Part shown: one piece after another, positions 29,268 to 39,055 of the stretch | Layout of the letters: each line of letters opens with the position of its first letter | Numbering within the stretch: the stretch's first letter is position 1 | Assembly (NCBI GenBank): GCA_965198235.1 | Contig: OZ240248.1 | Location: forward strand, 2,848,001-2,912,000 | From: Candidatus Poribacteria bacterium | Lineage (GTDB): Bacteria > Poribacteria > WGA-4E > WGA-3G | Direction: 5' to 3' | DNA length: 64,000 bases | Notes under the pieces: model-generated | What the model was told of the DNA's origin: nothing | Seen by the model: the letters and a program-made list of their open reading frames with translations, nothing else | Database searches by the model: none | Position numbers and translations under genes: made by a program

Positions 29268-30776
29268 ATGTTTTTGGTGCTATTGAGGCGTGAGATTCTC
29301 GCGCATCTAATAACATTTCGTTTTGCAGTCACAGTGATTGTTTGTCTGCTTCTCGTCGTCATAACCACGCTTATCAGAATTGATGATTACGAGAAACGAT
29401 TGGCGGGCTACAATACCGCCAGAAATGCCAATCGTGAAGAACTTTTGTCCACCCGAACTTATTCCTTTTTGATGCCGAAGGTCGATCGACCGCCTAATCC
29501 GCTGAGCATCTTTAATGCTGGTATGGACAACCGACTCGGTAATACGTTGCGGATCTATTACACGAACGTTCCTGTCCTTTGGGATGCTCAAGTCCACAGT
29601 TCAGGTAATCTCTTCATTGATTATTTCTATCGAATTGACCTCATCTTCATTTTTCAGTTTGTGCTTTCATTATTGGCACTGTTGTTCGCCTACGATGCGA
29701 TTGCAGGTGAACGTGAAACCGGCACAATGCGCCTGACAATGAGCCATCCCGTAAGACGTGGAAGCATCTTGGCAGCGAAGTACCTCGGTGCGATGACGTG
29801 TCTAATTCTACCGCTTATCATCAGTTTTATCATCGCTTTGATTTGGATAGTATCAACGGGTTCAATTGTCTTCAGTGGAGATGATTTTCTACGAATCGCA
29901 GGCATCCTGCTAACTTCGATGATCTATCTTTCTGCCATCTACTTGATCGGATTATTTATCTCTGCTTGGGTACACCGCACTACCACAGCACTCATGCTCT
30001 CTCTATTTGTCTGGGTGGTACTGGTGCTGGTTTATCCTTCTCTTAGTGTCTCCATGATTGATCAATTGACGAGCCCGGTAGACAGTAGGATATATTCTTG
30101 TGAAAAGGCGATCCGACAAACCCTAGACACAGTCACGAAAGAGGGACGGGAATATCTCATGAACGATGGGATTGACGGAGAGAGTGAGAACTTTAACATG
30201 CAAGGAAAATCGGATGGTTTACATGTTGGCATAGGTGACGGAAGCATAGCGATGCGTATAGAATTCAAAGCTTATGATTGGTACGCTATTCATCCCGAAT
30301 CTGAAAAATTCATTCCTCATGTTATCCGCTACCATCAATTCTTAACGCCCTTACGATTTCAGGCGGCAGAGAAAATCGGACTGTTGCGACTTCCGGCTTT
30401 AGAGCAAATTCGGTTTCGGAGAGCCAGAATCGCTCGGAATCTGCTTCGACTCTCACCAGCGGCGATGTATAATCTCGCAACACAGGCATGGGCAGGAACA
30501 GATCTCTATGGGGTCGAGGATTTTTTTCAGGCAGCACGGCAGTACCGACGTACGCTGGTTGATTACTTTTACGATAAAGATGCTTTTTCAAGTCGGCAGT
30601 GGTTCGCCAGCGATAAAGGGGCTATCAACTTAGACGATCTGCCAAGATTTGTATACCAGCGTGCTGATCTCTGGACAAACGCCTCACGGGCACTCCCTGA
30701 TCTGCAGCTACTACTGCTGCTCAACGTTGCGCTGTTCCTGGCGACATTCGCAATCTTCGTCAGGCAGGAGATTTAA
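29268..30776 (+). CDS. ABC-2 type transporter permease
   Basis: YDAIAGERETGTMRL..SHPVRR..LAAKY; large extracytoplasmic loops. Confidence 0.88.
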   Translation: MFLVLLRREILAHLITFRFAVTVIVCLLLVVITTLIRIDDYEKRLAGYNTARNANREELLSTRTYSFLMPKVDRPPNPLSIFNAGMDNRLGNTLRIYYTNVPVLWDAQVHSSGNLFIDYFYRIDLIFIFQFVLSLLALLFAYDAIAGERETGTMRLTMSHPVRRGSILAAKYLGAMTCLILPLIISFIIALIWIVSTGSIVFSGDDFLRIAGILLTSMIYLSAIYLIGLFISAWVHRTTTALMLSLFVWVVLVLVYPSLSVSMIDQLTSPVDSRIYSCEKAIRQTLDTVTKEGREYLMNDGIDGESENFNMQGKSDGLHVGIGDGSIAMRIEFKAYDWYAIHPESEKFIPHVIRYHQFLTPLRFQAAEKIGLLRLPALEQIRFRRARIARNLLRLSPAAMYNLATQAWAGTDLYGVEDFFQAARQYRRTLVDYFYDKDAFSSRQWFASDKGAINLDDLPRFVYQRADLWTNASRALPDLQLLLLLNVALFLATFAIFVRQEI

Positions 30777-30881
30777 AGACAGATCCGTTCGTAGTAGGGA
30801 AACCATTTATTGCCCGTCGTACACAGTCTTTTGGAAACGACGAATCAACTAATCCAAAAAAGCGACAACTGGAGATATGAG

Positions 30882-32354
30882 ATGATTTTCCACATCGTTA
30901 AACGCGAACTCTACGATCACCTAAGTAGTCTCCGTTTCGCACTGACAACCCTGTTAATCCTGATACTGATGATTGTCAACGCTATCGTGTACCTCGGAGA
31001 ATACAAGCAGCGAATGCGCAAATATCAAGGGCAGGTTGCTTGGTCACGTAACGAGTTGAAATCTCGATCTGCTACGTTGTATCGTCTGGTTCTAAAGGGT
31101 CCGGGATACCTCTACAAAAAACCGAGTCTTTTGGCTTTCTGTGCAGATGGTGGAGAAAAACTCCTGCCTGGCGAAGTCCGCGGCAATACTGCGGGGCGGA
31201 CGCATCGGTGGCGGGGTGGCGACACTTCGTATAAGTTCACAGAAATCTGGGGGTTAATATATCCACCCAATACCGATCTACTGTTTATTGCAGAGCAGAT
31301 ACCAAGGGAAAGAAGCATCATGCCGGCTTATATCAAAATCGATTGGGGATTTGTGACAGCCGTTCTATTGAGTTTCATGGGTATCCTGTTTACATTCGAT
31401 TCGATCTCCGGTGAGCAGGAACGAGGCACACTGCGGTTGATGCTGGCAAACAGCATTTCACGAAACACCGTAATTTGCGGCAAATTTCTTGGCGCATTTT
31501 TTACTATCGCTATTCCGTTTTTGATTGGAGTGATCGTCAGTACCTCTATCATCTACCTTTCCAAAGCCGTTCAATTCAACGATAGCCATTGGGTGAGGTT
31601 GGGAGCCATCCTCTGTGTCGCGTTGATTTATACCTCAATTTTTATTCTGTTGGGGCTCCTTGTTTCCAGCCGTGTTAAAGAGTCTTCAACGAGCCTCGCA
31701 ATTCTCTTGTTGATTTGGACGGTCTGGGTGGTGCTGATGCCAAACGCACTGGGTTCCCTCGGTAACCGTTTGCAGTCCCGTCCCACCCCCAAAGAATTCA
31801 TGGCGCAGGTTCAAGATTCGCGCGAAGATTTACAGGCACGCTATTTTGCCCGGATTAAAGAACCTCCCCGACGAGAAACCCCAGCCACAATCGCAACAGC
31901 GTTAGGCGCGGAATATATTAATAAAGACGCAGAATTGCGCGATCGTTTGCGAGCGGACTACCTTTTCGCGGAACTCCGTCAAATCCAAACCGCCCGGTCC
32001 CTGACCCATATTTCACCAGCAGCTATTGTGCAGTACGCTTTTGAAGGGCTTGCAGGCACTGGCTTGCCTCGTCATTTAGACTTCATCTCTCAAACACGTC
32101 AATACGCGAAACAGTTTCGGCAGTTTCTCATTGATACCGATCGCGCAGACTCGGAAAGTCCGCACGCCGTCGGTATCCCAGAAGGCACATCGCAAAAACC
32201 AGTGAATTTCGATGCCGTCCCGAAATTTGAAGATCAACACCGCTTTCGTGCGGATTTTAATGCCACAATTATTGACTTATTGCTATTGATTCTGTTCTTG
32301 CTGGTGTTATTCGTTAGTACTTTCCTCTCTTTCCTACGCACGGAAATTGGGTAA
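30882..32354 (+). CDS. ABC-2 type transporter permease
   Basis: FDSISGEQERGTLRLMLANSISR..GKF; GGAG RBS before MIFHIVKRE. Confidence 0.88.
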   Translation: MIFHIVKRELYDHLSSLRFALTTLLILILMIVNAIVYLGEYKQRMRKYQGQVAWSRNELKSRSATLYRLVLKGPGYLYKKPSLLAFCADGGEKLLPGEVRGNTAGRTHRWRGGDTSYKFTEIWGLIYPPNTDLLFIAEQIPRERSIMPAYIKIDWGFVTAVLLSFMGILFTFDSISGEQERGTLRLMLANSISRNTVICGKFLGAFFTIAIPFLIGVIVSTSIIYLSKAVQFNDSHWVRLGAILCVALIYTSIFILLGLLVSSRVKESSTSLAILLLIWTVWVVLMPNALGSLGNRLQSRPTPKEFMAQVQDSREDLQARYFARIKEPPRRETPATIATALGAEYINKDAELRDRLRADYLFAELRQIQTARSLTHISPAAIVQYAFEGLAGTGLPRHLDFISQTRQYAKQFRQFLIDTDRADSESPHAVGIPEGTSQKPVNFDAVPKFEDQHRFRADFNATIIDLLLLILFLLVLFVSTFLSFLRTEIG

Positions 32355-32437
32355 CTTATCAAACACCATTATGCCATTGACGGGCGATAAATCGCCCTAC
32401 TACAAACCTCCATTTGTTGTTGATAACTAATCCTGAT

Positions 32438-32466
32438 TTGACTTTCCCCGCCAAATGTGCTATTAT
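32438..32466 (+). promoter_or_regulatory. sigma70-type promoter
   Basis: TTGACT-17-TATTAT with extended TG. Confidence 0.55.
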
Positions 32467-32561
32467 CTTAATGATTGATTACAGTAGAGCGCGGTTCAGA
32501 AGGTCGCTGCGCGTTCAAGAATACTCAGATTCAGACGAAACCCTCAACTTTCAAGTTAACT

Positions 32562-33335
32562 ATGCCAATACCCAATTTCCCCGACAAACATAAATCGCGT
32601 CCCATAGTCACACCACAGCAGCACGTCGCGTACTTCCGTCAACAAGGCTTCATCCCCGATTTCCCGATTCCTGAGGGTGTCATTTTCTGTTATGAAGGGA
32701 ACCTTCTGGATCGTATTACCAGCATTGAAAACGTTGAGCAGGTTCGCGGGGTAAGTGGAGAATTTTATCTGCTGACTGAAACCGATAATCGCGTGGCAGT
32801 TAGCGGCAATAACGGCATCGGTGCCCCCGGTATCTCAATGATTCTTGAAATTCTGATAGAGTTGGGGGTTAAACGATTTATCAACGTAGGAATCGCTGGT
32901 GGATTACAAAAAAACTCTCACATTGGCGATGTCGTCGTTTGCACCAGTGCCATTCGCGATGAAGGCGTTTCATATCACTACTTGGAAGACTCCTCAGCAC
33001 CTGTACTGCCGTCCGAAAACCTGACAGATGCATTCATGCGAACCCTTGCGCGCGACGGCATTCCTTATACACAGGGACCAACATGGACCACTGATGCCTT
33101 TTTCCGTGAAACGATTGGAGAAATTCAACATTATCAACAGGAAGGGGTTGTCACGGCTGAGATGGAAGCCGCCGCTTTATTCGCCATCAGTACGCTGCGC
33201 GGTGTGGATATGGCCTCAGGGTTTGTCATCAGTGATTTGGTGGCTGAATTAGTGTGGCATCCACAGATCCTCGCCCAAGAAACACACGAGAGTTTATTTC
33301 GCTTGTATCAGGCAGCGCGGGCTACCTTACAATAG
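32562..33335 (+). CDS. Nucleoside phosphorylase (PNP/UDP family)
   Basis: GIGAP, GIAGGL, AIRDEGVS, WTTDAFFRET, AEMEAAA. Confidence 0.9.
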   Translation: MPIPNFPDKHKSRPIVTPQQHVAYFRQQGFIPDFPIPEGVIFCYEGNLLDRITSIENVEQVRGVSGEFYLLTETDNRVAVSGNNGIGAPGISMILEILIELGVKRFINVGIAGGLQKNSHIGDVVVCTSAIRDEGVSYHYLEDSSAPVLPSENLTDAFMRTLARDGIPYTQGPTWTTDAFFRETIGEIQHYQQEGVVTAEMEAAALFAISTLRGVDMASGFVISDLVAELVWHPQILAQETHESLFRLYQAARATLQ

Positions 33336-33392
33336 TGCACCTGATCAGACCCTAAACGAAACGAACAAACAATAACGCTAAAGGAAATTGAA

Positions 33393-33644
33393 ATGCCGAT
33401 ATTAACACAGGCACATCGTGAACATTTCGATGAGTACGGCTATATGGTCATCGAAAATGCCATCCCAACTGAACTTTGCGATGCAGTCGTTGATGCAATC
33501 TTCGCGTTCTTGGAAATGGACCTTTCAGCTCCAAATGACTGGTATCGCGCACCTCATAAACCCGGTGCAGGTATGGTGGAAATGTACCAACACCAAGTCA
33601 TGTGGAACGTCTACCAACATCCACCAATCCATCAAATCTATCAA
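33393..33644 (+). pseudogene. Phytanoyl-CoA dioxygenase (PhyH) 5' fragment, interrupted by IS
   Basis: HFDEYGYMVIENAIP...GMVEMYQHQVMW, then reads into the IS left end. Confidence 0.8.
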
Positions 33645-35116
33645 TCTTCGGGCAGGAGACCCCATCCTGACCCACAGGACAGCACATTGCTTTGTGCAGT
33701 CCTGTGGGATGGTTGGGGAGGAATGCCCGCTCCTTTTTTCTTGATGTATGATGCCAAAAATGTTATACTCTTTACATACCAGTTGGCAGACATACATAGC
33801 GTAATCGCAAGGTTACGTGTCTGCCTACCCACTATGTAGGGGTTAAAAACTGGTGACTGGTAAAACCATGAGAACTGGAAAATATCAAATACGCGACCAT
33901 CGACAGAATATGCGCGTGGGCAATATGCTGGACGATCTCGGTGATGTCCACAACCACTTCTTGGCGTTGGAAAAGCGATATTACCGTATTTACGGCAAGT
34001 ATGCGGGTCGGTATCGGTTGCAACCGCACTTGACGAAGTTGCTCCAACGCACCCATCCGCACTGGGTGTGGATCCCGCGAGATACGCTTGACCAAGTGAT
34101 TGTTCGTATTCATATCGGTTACGAGCGTTTCTTTGATTGGCTTGAAAACGGTAAGCGTGGCAGACGCGTGGGGCCTCCGAAGTTCAAAAAGCGTGGCAAA
34201 TATCGCTCTGCGAAGTTTCAAACCGGCTATAAGATTTTTCAAGAACGCCCGGACGGGAAACCCTCTGTTGTTCCGAAAGGCACGATTCGCTTGTCCTTCA
34301 AAGAATGGGACGCAAGAAAACAAAAGTTCGTTTTTGTCCGCAGGAATATCCTGTATCACCACCACCGCGATTGGGAAGGAAACGTCCGCTATATCCAAAT
34401 CCTTCGCGATCGCGCTGGAACGTATTGGCTTTATGTTGTCACGGATAACACCTCCAAAGAAGTGCTGCCCGCTACAGGTGAAAGCGTAGGCGCAGACTTC
34501 GGTATGGACACCTATCTGACACTGAACACGGGTGAAAAGATCCAACACCCACAACCCTTGAAACACTCCTTGAACGAACTCCGAAACCTCAACAAAGCTG
34601 TCAGCCGAAAGGTCAAAGGTTCTAATAACTGGTGGCGTGCCGTCCGTGAACTCGCACGTCTTTATCGCAAAATTGCCAACCAACGCAAGGATTGGCACTG
34701 GAAACTTGCCACTGACCTCTGCCGAAGGTTTGATACGATCGTAACCGAGACGCTGAACCTTGAGGCAATGAAACGGCTCTGGGGGCGAAAAGTATCTGAC
34801 CTCGCCTTTTACCAGTTTGTTGAGATATTGGATTTCAAGTGTATCAAACATAATCGTGAGTTCTTTCAAGTCGGGCAGTGGACCCCTACCACCAAACCTT
34901 GTTCTGACTGTGGACATCACAACGATAAACTTTCACTTTCTGATAGGCAGTGGATATGCCCCGACTGTGGTTCTCACCACGACCGAGACATCAATGCTGC
35001 GATAAATATCTTGAGGGCTGCTTGCGGTCCCTCTGTGGAGATAGCGTAAGACCTTCTACGGAAGGCTGCTGTCTACGAAGCACAAGCCCCACGCTTTAGC
35101 GTGTGGGTGCCTTGAC
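33642..35116 (+). mobile_element. IS200/IS605 family element, tnpB only (IS1341-like, non-autonomous)
   Basis: Left-end hairpin GGGCAGGAGACCCC...GGGGAGGAATGCCC; right-end hairpin CAAG-CCCCACGCTTTAGCGTGTGGG ending TGAC; no tnpA; no target duplication seen. Left boundary approximate. Confidence 0.85.
33853..35049 (+). CDS. tnpB: RNA-guided endonuclease TnpB
   Basis: PPKFK, RuvC-I GADFG, RuvC-II TETL, Zn ribbon CSDC/CPDC, RuvC-III HDRDINAAINI. Confidence 0.95.
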   Translation: MTGKTMRTGKYQIRDHRQNMRVGNMLDDLGDVHNHFLALEKRYYRIYGKYAGRYRLQPHLTKLLQRTHPHWVWIPRDTLDQVIVRIHIGYERFFDWLENGKRGRRVGPPKFKKRGKYRSAKFQTGYKIFQERPDGKPSVVPKGTIRLSFKEWDARKQKFVFVRRNILYHHHRDWEGNVRYIQILRDRAGTYWLYVVTDNTSKEVLPATGESVGADFGMDTYLTLNTGEKIQHPQPLKHSLNELRNLNKAVSRKVKGSNNWWRAVRELARLYRKIANQRKDWHWKLATDLCRRFDTIVTETLNLEAMKRLWGRKVSDLAFYQFVEILDFKCIKHNREFFQVGQWTPTTKPCSDCGHHNDKLSLSDRQWICPDCGSHHDRDINAAINILRAACGPSVEIA

Positions 35117-35136
35117 CTGGCATAAAGCACTTCCAC
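34980..35136 (+). ncRNA. Predicted TnpB omegaRNA/reRNA (right-end scaffold plus flanking guide); boundaries approximate
   Basis: Known TnpB architecture; hairpins CCTTCTACGGAAGG and the right-end stem lie between the tnpB 3' end and the element boundary. Confidence 0.5.
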
Positions 35137-35378
35137 ACGGCAACGGTCGCAACACCTCTAACAAACCGCGATTGGCACAATACATGAACTTCTATCCCGT
35201 TCCTGATCCGATGGATGAGGAGCGGCGGCAAGAACGCATTACACTATGGCGGGAACGGAGAGCATTGGGACGAGATCCGTATCCTGGCGACCCACGGGGT
35301 TGGGAAGCGAAAAACTATGGACCCGCAGAACTTACGCCCTTGGGACGGAAGTTATTGGGACTTGATTTCTGGGATTAA
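35117..35378 (+). pseudogene. PhyH 3' fragment
   Basis: WHKALPHGNGRNTSNKPRLAQY (distal His and 2OG-binding Arg), LTPLGRKLLGL. Confidence 0.8.
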
Positions 35379-36175
35379 TATTTCTTAAGCATCGCCCAAC
35401 TTGTGGCTAATTTCCCTTGCGGGTCCACACCGAGTGCTGCTTGCAATCCGTTCTCCCGAATCGCATTGATCTGATTTTCACTCAACTCCACGTTGAAGAT
35501 GGCAACCTCATCGAAAAGACCAAACATAAATTCGTGGTGCGCCAGAAAGTCCCCCATGGTAACCTCCTGTGCCTCATCATTTGTGTCCATCGCCTGATCG
35601 GTGCCCTCTTTGGATTGGAGTTTACCATCGACATAGAGGTCATGGTCTTTCACAGCGTCCGAACCTTTGGGAAAGACCACCGCCATGTGGTGCCACTCCT
35701 CATCACACACCTCCTCTTCCCCGTAATTTTGTCCGCCGGCGACCTCAACTCTCAAATTGCAGCCGCCGCCTCTCAGATGTGCCCGGATGTAGTACTTTTC
35801 GCCTGTAAGATTCGGTCCCCATTTTACCCATGAATGTTCTCTTGTATCCCCGGCTTTAAACCAGAAGACCGTCGTTCTCGGATCTGTGCCACCAACCCCA
35901 GCGTAGCCGGTAACAACTAAATTATCATCTTTGCCATCGTAATCTAAACAGGTCCCAAACACACCTTTGACGTATTTCGCCCCAGATATGTCCCCATCGT
36001 GACCGTTCCCAGAGAGATCTTTGGCGACATTACCCTTCCCTTCGTCAAAGAGATAGGCGACCTCAACAGTTTTCGAGTCAATCGGAGCAGTATGGCTAAT
36101 ACTCGTAACCAATGATCCGAAAGTGACAATAATTAACCAAACCAGCGTAAAACTGGCTCGACCTCCAAGTTTCAT
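35375..36175 (-). CDS. Secreted LamG-like protein with conserved C-terminal tail
   Basis: FDEGKGNVAKDLSGNG, EWHHMAVV, LFDEVAIFN; ends VDPQGKLATSWAMLKKY; AGGAGG RBS. Confidence 0.88.
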   Translation of the reverse strand: MKLGGRASFTLVWLIIVTFGSLVTSISHTAPIDSKTVEVAYLFDEGKGNVAKDLSGNGHDGDISGAKYVKGVFGTCLDYDGKDDNLVVTGYAGVGGTDPRTTVFWFKAGDTREHSWVKWGPNLTGEKYYIRAHLRGGGCNLRVEVAGGQNYGEEEVCDEEWHHMAVVFPKGSDAVKDHDLYVDGKLQSKEGTDQAMDTNDEAQEVTMGDFLAHHEFMFGLFDEVAIFNVELSENQINAIRENGLQAALGVDPQGKLATSWAMLKKY

Positions 36176-36630
36176 ATTTTCCTCCTGTGTGAAAAATATC
36201 ATCAGATTTCAGACCTAAACCCCACTATTTCAATGTGGGATATAGGGCCGCTTCCGTATATTAGTCCAAAGTTTTCTAAAAAAAGATTGTAGCAAAATCG
36301 CTCAAAATAGGCAAGTGAGAAGTTGCCTGAAATAAAATGCTACATTTTTTCGTTTTAACCCAATTTTTGTGTGAACCTAAGTTGCTATCTAACAAATTTT
36401 GGAGAGTAGCGGATGTTTTCCGCGCACTGTCTGCAATACGACTTTGCTTGACGATTTCCCCGGGGAACTCGCCTACTAATGACTGATGGCTATTCTTCAC
36501 TTGTGTAGGAAAGCGATGCACTTTTCCCATTTTTTTCTTGAATGATATGCTAAAATAAATTAACCTGTTAACCAAAATGCAGTATATGCGTTATTTTCAT
36601 GTAGTAAAACTGAAGTATAGAAGATTCATA

Positions 36631-37188
36631 ATGCTAAATGGGCGGGCGATATGTCTCGGGGTTCTCTGTGTTCTTTCTATTCCCTATACGGTGTTCTCAC
36701 AATCACAGTCAGCAACCGATACAATTATTGAAAAGATATACCAGTCAGAGATCCGAGTCCGCGAACATGTGGATGTGAAAGTCAAAGACGTTGAGACAAA
36801 AATTTCGGAAATTAATGCAAAGGTTGGACCCCTTAGCACAGTTGTAGAAGGAAATAAGACAAATATAACGAACATTAAAGATGACATACGTGATTTAAAA
36901 GGGACGGTGGATTTGATTTGGAAAGGAATATTAGGAATTTTGGGAACTCTGATAGTTTCTATAGCGGGTTATTTTTTCAAATCATGGCGGCAAAATCAAG
37001 ATAACAAGGACAATGTAGGCGCGATAGATCGCTTAACCGACCAAATCACCAGACTAATCTCGGCACAGGCAGCAATTCCAGAAACGAGAACCGTTTCCGC
37101 ACATCCCAAAGTGCCGAGAGTGGAGGGGTTAGACGAGTTAACAGACGACATACGGTCTACACACCATGATGCAAGGGAAAGAGTCTGA
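36631..37188 (+). CDS. Membrane protein: signal peptide, coiled coil, TM helix
   Basis: Hydrophobic N-terminus, heptad pattern, LIWKGILGILGTLIVSIAGYFF. Confidence 0.65.
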   Translation: MLNGRAICLGVLCVLSIPYTVFSQSQSATDTIIEKIYQSEIRVREHVDVKVKDVETKISEINAKVGPLSTVVEGNKTNITNIKDDIRDLKGTVDLIWKGILGILGTLIVSIAGYFFKSWRQNQDNKDNVGAIDRLTDQITRLISAQAAIPETRTVSAHPKVPRVEGLDELTDDIRSTHHDARERV

Positions 37189-37496
37189 TGGAAAACACTA
37201 AAAACTCATTTGAGGAGCCTACATCCGCAGAAGCCTACGTCAATAGGGGTAATAAGTTATACGATCAAGGCGATTATCAGGCTGCCATTTCCGATTATGA
37301 TAAGGCAATCCGTCTTGACCCTGAATGTATGAGAGCCTACTACAATCGAGGAAACGCCAAAAGCGAACTGGGAAACCTTGAAGCCGCCATTTCCGATTAT
37401 GATGAGGCGATCCGTCTTGACCCCGAATATGCAACAGCCCGCGCCAACCGAGAAAATGTCCAAAAAGAACTTAGAGAACGCCAGAAGGAAACTTAG
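37188..37496 (+). CDS. Small TPR protein
   Basis: Two tandem TPRs (AISDYDKAIRLDPE, AISDYDEAIRLDPE); TGATG coupling to the upstream gene. Confidence 0.85.
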   Translation: MENTKNSFEEPTSAEAYVNRGNKLYDQGDYQAAISDYDKAIRLDPECMRAYYNRGNAKSELGNLEAAISDYDEAIRLDPEYATARANRENVQKELRERQKET

Positions 37497-37633
37497 GTAG
37501 CCCTAAAAAGAGAATCAAGATTTTCAGGAAGCGGTTAAATTTGGCAAAGTGCCGGTAGGGTAAGTAAGGCAGCAAGGCGCGATCGTCGTATCCTGCCACC
37601 TATTAAGTCTCGGACTTACTTCTGGAGACTCTT

Positions 37634-38062
37634 GTGGGAGGAGTTTCCAACCCCCTGACTTCCCTTCTTCCATCCTTCCGCTCTTCCATTCCCTAACCCG
37701 CGCAATCCGTGTCATTCCCAACACTCTGCGATTCAGACGAAAAGCCGATCTCTAATCCTGTAAATCCCCTAAATCTCGGTTCTGACAACTGACGACCCCT
37801 TTCTGTAGGGGCGACCTCTTGGTCGCGATTTATCCCACAGAACCGACAGAAAGTTTCCGATTGCGCCGCATGGTTTCTCAGTCAGCACACAGACTTGCTT
37901 GGAGAAAATATTGTGATGCAACGAGCGGCAGACTATCCAGTATTATACCATTTCTGATTGGAATTGTAGCATAAACTTTCAGTTTGTGCCTTCTTATAGC
38001 AGAGACTGTGAGTCTATGCGTTAAGGTACGGTTAATGCGATATAAATTTTTAGAAATGGTAT
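37634..38062. repeat. Cluster of small repeats (REP-like hairpins, 8- and 9-mer tandems, MITE with ATACCATTTCT TIR)
   Basis: GTGGGAGGAGTTTCCAACCCC; TTCCATCC-type octamers 37659-37692; GTAGGGGCGACC..GGTCGC; TIRs at 37945-37955 and 38052-38062. Confidence 0.7.
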
Positions 38063-38265
38063 TACATCATCCATCGGAGTTAGTTGATCGGATTCAAGAC
38101 ATTTGTGCGGTGTGCTGATGACGTTCTATCTGTACAACAAGCGAAAACATATTCGCTCGACTGTGGCACCTCGATTCTTACATCGGATAGTGCACATAGA
38201 AACTTAGTCGTGATGTATGATTCTTGCGGAATTTGCCGTAGTGAATAATGATCGATGAAAAAAAT

Positions 38266-38308
38266 TTGACAAAGAGAAAAACATGTGATATAATGTTAAC
38301 ACTGTTAA
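38266..38308 (+). promoter_or_regulatory. Consensus promoter with putative TetR operator
   Basis: TTGACA-17-TATAAT with extended TG, then palindrome TTAACACTGTTAA (38296-38308). Confidence 0.85.
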
Positions 38309-38340
38309 GTTAGATTACTATGTAAACAAGGGTTAAAGCA

Positions 38341-38946
38341 ATGGGTATTAAAGAACGGAGAGCAAAGGAAAAAGAACAGCTGCGACGGCAAATCCTTCTC
38401 GCGGCGCGAGAGTTGTTTGTCAATGAAGGTTATGAGAACGTCTCTATGCGAAAGATTGCCAACAAGATCGAATACTCACCGACAACGATCTATCTTTATT
38501 TCAAAGACAAGGCTGATCTTTTAGATTCCGTTTGTCAGGAAACACTCCTGAACCTATTGAACACGCTTGAGCAGTTAAAAAGAGATAAAAGCGACCCTGT
38601 CGAAACCCTCAAAAAAAGTGGACAAGCCTATGTCGAGTTCGGTCTCAAATATCCGCAAGATTACAAACTAACGTTTGTCATTCGCCCCCAGTTCCAGAGG
38701 GGTTTAGGTCTGCAAGAAGGATCGGTTGGCGAAAACGTGTTCAATTACTTACGTGAAATGGTTTCTGAATGCATCCAACAGAAGAGATTTCGGCAGATGG
38801 ATGTCGAAACCACTGGTCAGGTGCTGTGGTCGGCGGTTCATGGTGTCACATTGCTCCTGATTGACTTCCCAGATTTCCCTTGGACAGAAAAAGACAAATT
38901 GATTGACACGGTAATTCACACGACAATTGAGGGTTTAAAAGTATAG
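38341..38946 (+). CDS. TetR/AcrR family regulator
   Basis: GYENVSMRKIANKIEYSPTTIYLYFKDK HTH; WSAVHG. Confidence 0.95.
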   Translation: MGIKERRAKEKEQLRRQILLAARELFVNEGYENVSMRKIANKIEYSPTTIYLYFKDKADLLDSVCQETLLNLLNTLEQLKRDKSDPVETLKKSGQAYVEFGLKYPQDYKLTFVIRPQFQRGLGLQEGSVGENVFNYLREMVSECIQQKRFRQMDVETTGQVLWSAVHGVTLLLIDFPDFPWTEKDKLIDTVIHTTIEGLKV

Positions 38947-38994
38947 ATTTCAAACCATTTGGCGAAGGTCACTTATATTTTTTCGCCTATAAAG

Positions 38995-39007
38995 TTAACA
39001 CTGTTAA
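38995..39007. promoter_or_regulatory. Putative TetR operator, copy 2
   Basis: TTAACACTGTTAA upstream of the first FG-GAP gene. Confidence 0.75.
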
Positions 39008-39055
39008 TTTATTTATCTATGTTAACATCTTGTAAAACTCAAATGGAGAATAAAA

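Noticed and set aside
33645-33839. C-terminal part of the 148-aa ORF at 33393
   Set aside because: Read-through into the IS left end, not real PhyH sequence.
33832-34920. 362-aa minus-strand ORF
   Set aside because: Antisense shadow of tnpB; no Y1 HUH or other transposase motif, so not tnpA.
37240-37430. DNA direct repeat with ~102-bp period
   Set aside because: Explained by the 34-aa TPR coding repeats.
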